Positions 50,106 through 57,254 of a stretch of DNA of 57,254 bases are shown one piece after another. The stretch covers positions 62,001 through 119,254 of the IMG/VR virus record IMGVR_UViG_3300025277_002331, one strand, 5' to 3'. Both the position numbers and the translations under genes were made by a program. The stretch's first letter is position 1, and every line of letters starts with the position of its first letter. The notes beneath the pieces are model-generated. The model saw only the letters and a list, made by a program, of their open reading frames with translations. It made no database searches and had not been told where the DNA came from. Source of the DNA: an uncultured virus (IMG/VR IMGVR_UViG_3300025277_002331). Its lineage: Duplodnaviria > Heunggongvirae > Uroviricota > Caudoviricetes.

Positions 50106-50187
50106 GACGTAACTCGTTATATGACAAGAGGTTACGTCGCCGCCCTAGGGCGCGGCCCTAAGTCCTTGCTATTACACGGGTTGCGTT
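50106..50187. repeat. 82-bp double-palindrome R3
   Basis: CGTAACTCGTT-ATATGAC-AAGAGGTTACG-20 bp-CCTAAGTCCTT-GCTATTA-CACGGGTTGCG. Confidence 0.85.
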
Positions 50188-50591
50188 ATATTGTGGTTTA
50201 TGGCTCGCACCGTGGGCTTACCTTCCAGAACATACATCTTAGCCCATTCCGATTCCGTCACCGGGATAGGATACTGGTCATCACACACGCCAGTACGTTG
50301 AATGAACGTATTATGCTTGTACGGGTTATACATCACAAAACAATCGCGGTCGGCTTTGAAGGTGGGAACCTCTGCATTCATTGCAAGGTAGCCCGATACG
50401 CCAGCGTGGACGTTCTTCTTGCCCTCACGCCGCACCCGTGCCTGTCCAGCCTTGCCTACCAGAAACCGACAATCCTTCAGGTGGATATAGTCGGTGTGGC
50501 ACAACACCTTGCCGCTCTGTCTCACACTCCACGTTTGTTTGTGGAGATTCCAGTAGACATAGAGCCGCTTATCATAGTTGATACAGGTCAT
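50172..50591 (-). CDS. Conserved-type phage hypothetical protein
   Basis: VYWNLHK..WSVR, RVRREGKKNVHAGV, YNPYK. Confidence 0.75.
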   Translation of the reverse strand: MTCINYDKRLYVYWNLHKQTWSVRQSGKVLCHTDYIHLKDCRFLVGKAGQARVRREGKKNVHAGVSGYLAMNAEVPTFKADRDCFVMYNPYKHNTFIQRTGVCDDQYPIPVTESEWAKMYVLEGKPTVRAINHNITQPV

Positions 50592-51370
50592 ACCGTCGCC
50601 CCTTGCTTTCTAGAATAACTCCCCTTGCCCTTGAGAGCCTTCAACGCCGTCGCCGCTTCCGTTCCCTTTGGTTGTGTCCCGTGAATCAACAGTGCGAAAC
50701 TCTCGTCCCGCCACGTCGGATTCGCCGCATGGGAATCGTCGTGGTCGATGAACAATCCGAGGTCCACCGCTTCCGCTTCGGAGAACACCACTTGAGCGAA
50801 CCGGAAATCAAAATGCTCAATCATCCAGTCATCCCGCCCACCATATGACGCCGTCAGCACCAGATTCTCGGGAATCTCACTTCTCAGAGCATCCCAATAT
50901 TTCAGGCTTTTGGTGTAGGCGTAGAACAGAACGTCCGGTCGATTATTCGCGAGGTGAATCCACGCCTTGAGATAGTTTTCGTTGAAGAAATCCCCGGCGA
51001 CGTGAATCCGAACAATCCCGGCATTCTCGGGCATCGACTTCCACAATTCCAGATACATCAACGGCCAGTCGTCTTGGTTTTCCTTCAGGGTGTCGTAATT
51101 GTGTTTGCGGAGATTGTATACGTTGGTGTACTGCACCTCTTGCGATGCGGAGAAACAACGGAACTCATTCTTGGGACCGTCTTTAATTGTCCGCTTGCCG
51201 TCGTCACCGACAACCGCTTTCGAGAGACACGCTTCCGCAAACGGGCACGAATAGCCCGACAGCAGGTCGAGGCTGTAAACCTTCCGCCCGTCGTCAAGAT
51301 ACTTGGCGATTGCCCAGCAACTCTCGTTGAGCCGTTCCGTTTTCGCGTTTGCTTTCGACCACTTCAACAT
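50588..51370 (-). CDS. GP88-family protein (start MLKWSK)
   Basis: GYSCPFA..C, CF, VRIHVAGDFF...Y...W, FYAYTKS, NLVLTAS; promoter position excludes the 51406 start. Confidence 0.75.
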   Translation of the reverse strand: MLKWSKANAKTERLNESCWAIAKYLDDGRKVYSLDLLSGYSCPFAEACLSKAVVGDDGKRTIKDGPKNEFRCFSASQEVQYTNVYNLRKHNYDTLKENQDDWPLMYLELWKSMPENAGIVRIHVAGDFFNENYLKAWIHLANNRPDVLFYAYTKSLKYWDALRSEIPENLVLTASYGGRDDWMIEHFDFRFAQVVFSEAEAVDLGLFIDHDDSHAANPTWRDESFALLIHGTQPKGTEAATALKALKGKGSYSRKQGATV

Positions 51371-51404
51371 TCTGTTACCCCTTCTTTTCTGTGTTACGCT
51401 TCCC

Positions 51405-51432
51405 ATTCTACTGTATATATCGGCAATGTCAA
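51405..51432 (-). promoter_or_regulatory. Early-type promoter with CGAT spacer motif
   Basis: TTGACA-TTGCCGATATATACAG-TAGAAT. Confidence 0.8.
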
Positions 51433-51470
51433 CCGACGTACTTCACAAAAAAAGGAATTATGACCAAGTA

Positions 51471-51552
51471 GCCATAACTCCTTATATAACAAGAGGTTAC
51501 GTCGCCGCAGTAGGCCGCCGCCCTAACCTCTGTCAGGACAAGCGTTTACGTC
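51471..51552. repeat. 82-bp double-palindrome R4
   Basis: CATAACTCCTT-ATATAAC-AAGAGGTTACG-20 bp-CCTAACCTCTG-TCAGGAC-AAGCGTTTACG. Confidence 0.88.
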
Positions 51553-52737
51553 GCTGTCGCTTCTGTTGGTTTTTCCAATCTGTCAACGCTATGTCTGTCA
51601 TTGGTTCACCCGTCCAAATATTTAGTCCCTGCTCCCATCTTTCCGCGTAAAGTTCTACATTGGGCGCTCTTTCTTTTGATAGAACATCGTCAGCAGAACC
51701 CCTCGCATCCTTGTTGGTTCCCTTAGTACCGCCCTGTATATATATGTCTTTGTTCTGGATACGTACATTATCCATTATTCAGTCCCCACAAACTGCTCAA
51801 CTCGCAACTCGCTCATCTTGACAAGTGAGAAGCTCTTGATTTCGGTATGGGGAATATCTCCCTCGGGACAATTCACATACTTGGAATCCTGAATTGTGAT
51901 AAACGGGCCTTGCGGACCCCAACCAAAATCCTTCAGTGGGCCGCTACGTCGCTTGTCGTGGTACATAAAGGAAACTTCCGCACCAGTTTGCAACGCCTTA
52001 GTCAAAAGTGGTCTAAGCTGATTCAATGTTGGGCCTGAGATTCTCATATTCCCGTTCCTCATCGTAATAGTAGATGTAACTCCACGCCTGTGCCAACGTC
52101 TCGAAAAAGTCCTCTACAAACTCGTTATTGTCATACAGCGTATACCGATAGGTAATGCCGTCCTGAATGGTCACTCTCTTGTCAAGCACCAGCCCCATGT
52201 CACTAGCAACCCGTGCAACGTCTTCAGTTCTCAACATCTGGTAAATCCCCTTCGTTCATTTCCCTAAGTTCAACATTTCCCCTTGCGTGAAGCGGAACAT
52301 TCTGTGGTCCGACTCCGGCATACCCCGGCGGGGCTTCCCACATCAAGCCCGTACTAATCACGATTTCCCCCTCAATATCTTCTGTGATATGACATGCCGG
52401 GAAGTGTTCCACGGCAGTTTGCCACAATTCGTTAAGCGTCATCGGTCTCGCCCTCTTCTCCGAACATCTCGTGCAATTCGTTAGTCTCACCCTGTGTATT
52501 CAGGCAGTCGTACATCAGGCTCATCATGGTCATGGCATGACAGGTGGAACGCTCGTCCAACTTGAACTCGTTAAGAATGAGACACAACGCTTCCAGCAGG
52601 GGCCGGTTTTCCTTGTGCATCTTCGTCATCATCGCGTGGGTGTACTCATCAATCTTATGACGAGCCTGTGCCCTTCCAAGCGTGGCGATGATGGTCTTTT
52701 CTTCAACAGTCGGCAGCATATCAATTTCCCTTTTCAA
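51533..52737 (-). other. Operon of five small hypothetical ORFs (52432-52737, 52224-52490, 52013-52237, 51775-52062, 51533-51775)
   Basis: Overlapping ORFs downstream of promoter 52746-52773; 51775-52062 has a weak WYL-like pattern. Confidence 0.6.
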
Positions 52738-52745
52738 TCTACCCC

Positions 52746-52773
52746 ATTATAAGGTATTATCGGCCCTTGTCAA
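52746..52773 (-). promoter_or_regulatory. Early-type promoter with CGAT spacer motif
   Basis: TTGACA-AGGGCCGATAATACCT-TATAAT. Confidence 0.8.
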
Positions 52774-52839
52774 CCCCTAACTTTAACGTTTTCGCTGACT
52801 ACAGACCATCCCAGACCTTCAGCCGACTGGAACAGGTGA

Positions 52840-52912
52840 GACACAGGGGCGACGAGCCGAGAGCGAGCGGGGTAGAACGTCTCTCAAAGCTCGCCGCCCC
52901 TTCAAAGTCATG
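52840..52912 (-). ncRNA. Candidate small hairpin RNA A
   Basis: Directly downstream of promoter 52919-52946; stem AGGGGCGGCGAGC/GCTCGTCGCCCCT; no credible ORF. Confidence 0.45.
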
Positions 52913-52918
52913 CCTATC

Positions 52919-52946
52919 ATTATACTCTATATCGGCAAAATGTCTA
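52919..52946 (-). promoter_or_regulatory. Early-type promoter with CGAT spacer motif
   Basis: TAGACA-TTTTGCCGATATAGAG-TATAAT. Confidence 0.7.
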
Positions 52947-52973
52947 GTGCAGCATTAGCTACATTTGGCATTT

Positions 52974-53055
52974 TACGTAAGTCGTTGTGTGGCAAGAGGT
53001 TACGTCGCCGCACTACCGCGCGGTCATAACCCCTTGCTAAACAAGGAGTTATGTC
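52974..53055. repeat. 82-bp double-palindrome R5
   Basis: CGTAAGTCGTT-GTGTGGC-AAGAGGTTACG-20 bp-CATAACCCCTT-GCTAAAC-AAGGAGTTATG. Confidence 0.9.
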
Positions 53056-53060
53056 CAACG

Positions 53061-53610
53061 AAAAAACCCCACTAAGTGCTTCCATGCGTTAGCATCATAC
53101 TACTTAGTGAGGTTTTGAGGCAAGAGGTTGAGGAAAGGGCAACTCCAAACCCACTTGCTTTGTATATGGACGGGTGGGACTTATGTATTACCCACAACTT
53201 TTCGGGGACAGATATGTCCACCCTGTGAAGGGCTTCCCTACTTTGTACCACTTCTAACAGCCTCATCCATTTGGACATACTCTGTTAGATGTGTGCCTTA
53301 CCACCTCTGCCTAGCTTTGGTGTTCGGCCACCGTCCTACCAACAGGGAGCTACCCTGTCAGTGTTTGTTTCGTGTTGTCAAAGAAAGTGAAAAACGGTCG
53401 CGGGGTAAGCCTTACCCCGTAAATCCTAAACTGTCTTACCAATCCTGTCACGTTCATTGATAACCGAAGTTATCTCTGGTTGTGCGAAGAAGGCTTTAAC
53501 TGGACAACCGTCTTTTGCGAGAAGGATACTCTTTGTGGGAACGACCACTTAGAGCCGTCCACCCTTCTCTTTGAGAGACGAGTTACAATTTCTTGTTCCT
53601 TGTCTCTCAT
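53061..53610 (-). ncRNA. Candidate ~550-nt structured ncRNA
   Basis: Bounded by promoter 53617-53644 and terminator 53061-53116; consecutive hairpins including a cUUCGg tetraloop. Confidence 0.55.
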
Positions 53611-53616
53611 GTCCTC

Positions 53617-53644
53617 ATTATACTCCCGAATCGCCGGGGGTCAA
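53617..53644 (-). promoter_or_regulatory. Early-type promoter with CGAT spacer motif
   Basis: TTGACC-CCCGGCGATTCGGGAG-TATAAT. Confidence 0.75.
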
Positions 53645-53672
53645 GGTTTCACTGGATTTTTTTTCGGATTTT

Positions 53673-53855
53673 TCAACCGATGCTCACCGTGATGGTTTTC
53701 GGGGGAGTGCTGCCGAGGGCGTGCTTCTGGACATACAGAGGTCCAATCACAGCCTGACTACCGTCCTCGACTACTTCCTGAAACCGGACGGTGTTCTTGG
53801 TTTCCTTCTCCTGCTCGAACTTCAACTCGTGCTTTTCCATGTCGCCCTCTTTCAA
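53673..53855 (-). CDS. Small hypothetical protein (start probably MEKHEL)
   Basis: KETKNTVRFQE...IGPLYVQK; downstream of promoter 53879-53906. Confidence 0.6.
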   Translation of the reverse strand: MKEGDMEKHELKFEQEKETKNTVRFQEVVEDGSQAVIGPLYVQKHALGSTPPKTITVSIG

Positions 53856-53878
53856 AAGTGGTTTGTTTCAACTCCCCC

Positions 53879-53906
53879 ATTCTATAGTATATATCGTCAT
53901 TGTCAA
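53879..53906 (-). promoter_or_regulatory. Early-type promoter with CGAT spacer motif
   Basis: TTGACA-ATGACGATATATACTA-TAGAAT. Confidence 0.8.
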
Positions 53907-53934
53907 CCCCGCCCTCTACTGTTTTCATCAGATT

Positions 53935-54016
53935 GTCGTAAGTCGTTGTGTGGCAAGAGGTTACGTCGCCGCAGTAGGGCGCCGCCCTAACCCCTTGTCG
54001 CATAAGGAGTTAGTCG
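53935..54016. repeat. 82-bp double-palindrome R6
   Basis: CGTAAGTCGTT-GTGTGGC-AAGAGGTTACG-20 bp-CCTAACCCCTT-GTCGCAT-AAGGAGTTAGT. Confidence 0.9.
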
Positions 54017-54673
54017 TCTTCCATCCCATCGTGTTCGGCCTTCCGGGTCACCTCAAGATGAGCCTGTGCGAATTCGCCCTTCGGCACTTTTACCGCCCAC
54101 GAATGACGCCCGTATGAAATCGTCAGATGCTCGAAGTTGTCAATAGGTCTCGCGTTCCTGTCGCTTGGCATGCTCACGATAGCTCTATGTAGGTTTTGCA
54201 TTATTCTTTTTCCCCTTCCACGAATTCGATGTTGTAATCCGTCTCCGCATCGCCTACGGGGTCTTCCCCGAACATCTTGTCAAAACATTTCCCGCACGTT
54301 CCGCTGATGAGAATTTCCCGCTCATCCGTAGACAGGTACGGCATAGCATCCTGAATCAGTGTCCCGGTTTGCCAACGAAACACGTCGTCGTCGTTCACTT
54401 TCAGGACGTGTGTATCTCCACAGATACGACAGGTTGCTCGCAAGGTATTGTCAGTCAATTTCATCAGTCAATTGCCCCTTCACCAATAAACAGTTCTGCG
54501 TAGAAAATTGCATCCGCCTCATCCGCACAGTCGGCAATCATGTCCATCAGGAAATCATCCGGGCCATCCGCAATTGGCGCCCACACTTCGTACACACTGT
54601 ACCGGGGAACCCAAACAATCTCGACCCCGTCCTGATTCCAAACCAACTCGCCGTGATGAGTTCTGATAGCCAT
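54010..54673 (-). other. Operon of three small ORFs (54464-54673, 54201-54464 zinc ribbon, 54010-54201)
   Basis: Coupled TGATG/TAATG junctions; CRIC...IQDAMPYLS..ERE.LISGTC..C motif in the middle ORF. Confidence 0.7.
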
Positions 54674-54707
54674 TGTCTATCCCCTTCGTTTGCCCTTGTT
54701 ATCCCCC

Positions 54708-54735
54708 ATTATAAGGGTATATCGTCATAGGTCAA
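54708..54735 (-). promoter_or_regulatory. Early-type promoter with CGAT spacer motif
   Basis: TTGACC-TATGACGATATACCCT-TATAAT. Confidence 0.8.
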
Positions 54736-54773
54736 TCCCACGCTGCACCTATTTCGTAGATTTTAGCAAAATA

Positions 54774-54855
54774 GTCGTAAGTCGTTATATAGTAAGGAGT
54801 TACGTCGGCGCGCTAGGGCGTTGCCATAACCCCTTGTCATAGAACAACTTAGGTC
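54774..54855. repeat. 82-bp double-palindrome R7
   Basis: CGTAAGTCGTT-ATATAGT-AAGGAGTTACG-20 bp-CATAACCCCTT-GTCATAG-AACAACTTAGG. Confidence 0.9.
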
Positions 54856-54906
54856 AACACAATACAAAGGAAAGCAAACACAAGCCAACTCCACAACGCT
54901 ACTCTA

Positions 54907-55251
54907 TCATTTAACAATGCCGTGTACCTCACCTGTTTTGCTCCGTTTTACTTTACAGCCTTCCTTGTACGCTTTTACTTTAACTCGCACCTGTCCCCAA
55001 CCATGCCGTCCCCGGTTATATTGGGAGATAAGGTCGAGCAGGTTTTGTGGTCTTACGTTTGAAATTGTCAACCACCTCTTATCGGTAATTTTGTGGACAA
55101 TCTCAAACCCCACAGCAATGACGTTTTTTGGCTTTATCTTTCTTCCAGAGAACTTGTCCACGCCTTTGCGTTTAATGATTCTACGCCTTGCCATCGGTTT
55201 CCACCTTCTTTCCCTTGTCACGACATTCCCGTTTCCACGTTGAGCGGTCAC
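54907..55251 (-). CDS. Basic hypothetical protein (start likely MARRR)
   Basis: Lys/Arg-rich ORF; AAGGTGG RBS before the internal Met. Confidence 0.5.
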   Translation of the reverse strand: MTAQRGNGNVVTRERRWKPMARRRIIKRKGVDKFSGRKIKPKNVIAVGFEIVHKITDKRWLTISNVRPQNLLDLISQYNRGRHGWGQVRVKVKAYKEGCKVKRSKTGEVHGIVK

Positions 55252-55354
55252 AGTAGTTCCACCCCTCGCCCAGCAGAGTCTTCAAAGCCTGATTGTCGGC
55301 GTGAGTGGAATCGGCAACCTTCTTGAACTTGTCGCCTTTACGCAGAATCTTCAT

Positions 55355-55804
55355 CTAGTTGTTCCTGTAGTTAGAGGTAAACTCGTCAGAAAACGGGTCT
55401 TGCTTGGACAGATGGTTCATCATCTTGTTGCCGAGGCTGTTTGGGTTTTTGGTAGCGTCCAGTTGCGAGGCCACATTGATGAAGTCAAGCACCTGCGAAA
55501 CATTGAGGTGTCCACAAACGTCATCGTAGAACGTGTCGCTGTCATCCTCACCGATAGGTCCGGTGAATCCCGGCACGGCAACCCACGACAGGTTACTACC
55601 AGTAATGTAGGCAGCACACTCGGCGGTGTTGGAACCCCAATGGTCGTCGCCGTCAATCGCCTTTTTCGGGGCGTCGAAGGCGGCATTCGACACGTCGCTG
55701 TCGCAGTAGTTGCCCGGACCAAACTGGACGGAAACCGTCACGCCGTTAGGCAAGTCCAGTTGGAACCCCTTGTTGTCACAGATACGCATATCCCTGTCGG
55801 TCAT
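55355..55804 (-). CDS. Hypothetical protein (start MTDRDM)
   Basis: NGVTVSVQFGPGNYC...AECA motif; AGGGG RBS. Confidence 0.65.
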   Translation of the reverse strand: MTDRDMRICDNKGFQLDLPNGVTVSVQFGPGNYCDSDVSNAAFDAPKKAIDGDDHWGSNTAECAAYITGSNLSWVAVPGFTGPIGEDDSDTFYDDVCGHLNVSQVLDFINVASQLDATKNPNSLGNKMMNHLSKQDPFSDEFTSNYRNN

Positions 55805-55929
55805 TCTTCTGCCCCTTCTATTTCCACCACCCAAGTTTATCAGCCAGCCAGCATACCCCTGCCAGCAATATCAATCCTATCAGAAATGTCCCCGGTGTCA
55901 ACCATTCAGGTGGCATTTTACCACTCCTT

Positions 55930-56166
55930 TTATGTCCCTATCACTTTCCAGATTTTGACTCGCTTGTTAATTTTGGCATTGAACCCAACACCACCGCCGG
56001 TCAGGTTGGCGTAGTCAATCGCCACCGGCAAATCCCCCAGCAGTTTTTCATCCCCGAGGTGGATAGTGATGTATTGGTGGTTCCGGTGGGCTGTCAATGG
56101 GACCAACTCGAAGTTGTGTTGCGCGCCCCTGTCAAACAGGTCGCCGTTCTTTGGTTTCTTCTGCAT
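55930..56166 (-). CDS. Hypothetical protein (start MQKKPK)
   Basis: Downstream of promoter 56201-56228 with AAGGG RBS. Confidence 0.55.
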   Translation of the reverse strand: MQKKPKNGDLFDRGAQHNFELVPLTAHRNHQYITIHLGDEKLLGDLPVAIDYANLTGGGVGFNAKINKRVKIWKVIGT

Positions 56167-56200
56167 CGTGTTGCCCTTGGCCCTGTCTTGTATGTTCCCC

Positions 56201-56228
56201 ATTATATACTATTATCGTCCAAAGTCAA
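56201..56228 (-). promoter_or_regulatory. Early-type promoter with CGAT spacer motif
   Basis: TTGACT-TTGGACGATAATAGTA-TATAAT. Confidence 0.8.
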
Positions 56229-56314
56229 ACCTATACTTGAGGAAAATCGCTTGACCGCTGACTTTTGCTGACTACAGACTATCCTAGACTTCCAGCGGGC
56301 TAGACTACCTGATA

Positions 56315-56390
56315 CAAAAGAGGGGCGGCGGGTCAATGTGCGCCAACACTCGCCGCCGCCCCGTGTTCCCCGACTGTTCAATCAAAGAAC
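56315..56390 (-). ncRNA. Candidate small hairpin RNA B
   Basis: Downstream of promoter 56397-56424; stem GGGGCGGCGG/CCGCCGCCCC then TCTTTT; no ORF. Confidence 0.5.
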
Positions 56391-56396
56391 TCCCCC

Positions 56397-56424
56397 ATTA
56401 TATACTAGTATCGACAGATGTCAA
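56397..56424 (-). promoter_or_regulatory. Early-type promoter with CGAT spacer motif
   Basis: TTGACA-TCTGTCGATACTAGTA-TATAAT. Confidence 0.8.
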
Positions 56425-56440
56425 CAAATTCTTTAGCATT

Positions 56441-56522
56441 TCTCTAAGTCGTTATCTGACAATAGGTTACGTCGCGGCCCTAGGGCGCGGTCCTAAGTCG
56501 TTGATATGAAACAACTTAGGTA
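56441..56522. repeat. 82-bp double-palindrome R8
   Basis: TCTAAGTCGTT-ATCTGAC-AATAGGTTACG-20 bp-CCTAAGTCGTT-GATATGA-AACAACTTAGG. Confidence 0.9.
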
Positions 56523-57135
56523 AAGAGAAATGGAACGCCGGGGGTTGGTCACCCCGGAACAGTCACTTGCGATTCGAGACCAACCAGTCTCCCCCCGTAC
56601 AAGCACGTCTGCTCGCTGCCGGGTTAATCCTCGCAAGGGGTTGGGACTGTCGGATATCCCTAAGTTTAAATCCCGTTCCATGTAAGGTACTAGCCCTATT
56701 TATCTCCACCCTTCTCGGGTTTGTAGGCGTGGCTAGATTTACGGCTGAGCCGCTCTGACGCCTCGTTGTTCACCGGTATACACCGGCTACATAAAAGTGC
56801 TGCCCAAGGTGGGATTCGAACCAAACGCTACTAGAACGTTTACGGGGTGAATGAGGTGTGTACACACCCACCTGTATTCGTACAAACACAGGCCCGCCAC
56901 GATACTAAGGCTGTCAGAATTCCCCCAGCGATTGTACAGTCGCTATCAGGGAAAACCCGCCATGCTCATGCCACCGAGCTACAAGGGCTTCACTTGTTTC
57001 AATTGTAAAAGAGCTTGTAAGGTGGAGCGGCTGCCAGTTTCCCGGCCCTACTCCCAGTGTTGTGCCGCGTTTATACCCAGTCGATGGCGGTTAGGCTTTC
57101 ACTTCACCGATAGGGAGCGGCGTTGTTTTGTATGT
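56523..57135 (-). ncRNA. Candidate ~610-nt structured ncRNA with tRNA-like domain
   Basis: Fills the module between R8 and promoter 57141-57168; D-arm-like and T-loop elements; long-range helices; no credible ORF. Confidence 0.55.
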
Positions 57136-57140
57136 CCCCC

Positions 57141-57168
57141 ATTATAGTAGACTATCGACATTCCACAA
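57141..57168 (-). promoter_or_regulatory. Early-type promoter with CGAT spacer motif (weak -35)
   Basis: TTGTGG-AATGTCGATAGTCTAC-TATAAT. Confidence 0.65.
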
Positions 57169-57205
57169 GCCCAGTCGCCACCTATTCCATAATTTTATAG
57201 GAATT

Positions 57206-57254
57206 GTCGTAAGTCGTTGCTATATAAGGGGTTACGCTCGCGCCGTACCGCGCC
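57206..57254. repeat. 82-bp double-palindrome R9 (truncated by window end)
   Basis: CGTAAGTCGTT-GCTATAT-AAGGGGTTACG-CTCGCGCCGTACCGCGCC. Confidence 0.85.

Noticed and set aside
48005..56014. Plus-strand ORFs in the GC-rich region (48005-48556, 48656-49354, 49442-50080, 55301-56014)
   Set aside because: They are antisense to promoter-supported minus-strand genes, and long shadow ORFs are expected at higher GC.
56801..56988. A canonical tRNA gene
   Set aside because: The span is 188 nt, the acceptor stem has two mismatches and there is no clean anticodon arm; reported as a tRNA-like domain instead.
47799..57254. 82-bp repeats as a CRISPR array
   Set aside because: Repeats are too long and degenerate, intervals are 0.75-1.7 kb and contain promoters and genes, and there are no cas genes in the window.
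47799..57254. 82-bp repeats as canonical integron attC sites
   Set aside because: Some ends resemble TAAC/GTTA, but the outer RYYYAAC/GTTRRRY boxes are not consistent and length is invariant, with no extrahelical-base asymmetry. Modules have their own promoters, two copies are inverted and no intI is in view. Kept only as an analogy.

Overview
This window is a segment of a large lytic bacteriophage genome. Almost all real genes lie on the minus strand and read in standard code 11. A Planctomycetota host is weakly suggested by the tmRNA tag and a DUF5658-like protein. (1) 1-9.5 kb: replication, recombination and nucleotide genes (DnaB-like helicase start, RecA/UvsX, PhoH, dUTPase, class II ribonucleotide reductase, thermonuclease, dCMP deaminase). 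(2) 9.9-16 kb: envelope-targeted block with two exported trypsin-like proteases, a permuted papain-like amidase and holin-like peptides. (3) 19-30.3 kb and 37.7-42.6 kb: many auxiliary metabolic genes, including an apparent Arg/Orn/Lys/Pro catabolic route, class I aldolase and sugar-nucleotide enzymes, plus tRNA-Arg(UCU), tRNA-Ile(UAU) and a tmRNA. (4) 30.3-37.7 kb: a ~400-nt structured non-coding gap, SSB and rIIA/rIIB. (5) 47.2-57.2 kb: a GC-richer early-type region built from modules. It holds nine copies of an 82-bp double-palindrome with fixed 11-7-11-20-11-7-11 geometry; eight lie upstream of sigma70-type promoters (each with a CGAT spacer motif) at helically phased distances. Several modules carry no credible ORF and instead appear to express structured RNAs (about 550 nt, about 610 nt with a tRNA-like domain, and two short hairpin RNAs). 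This modular palindrome/promoter/ncRNA array is the most novel-looking system. All calls come from motif recognition by eye; no searches or folding programs were run.
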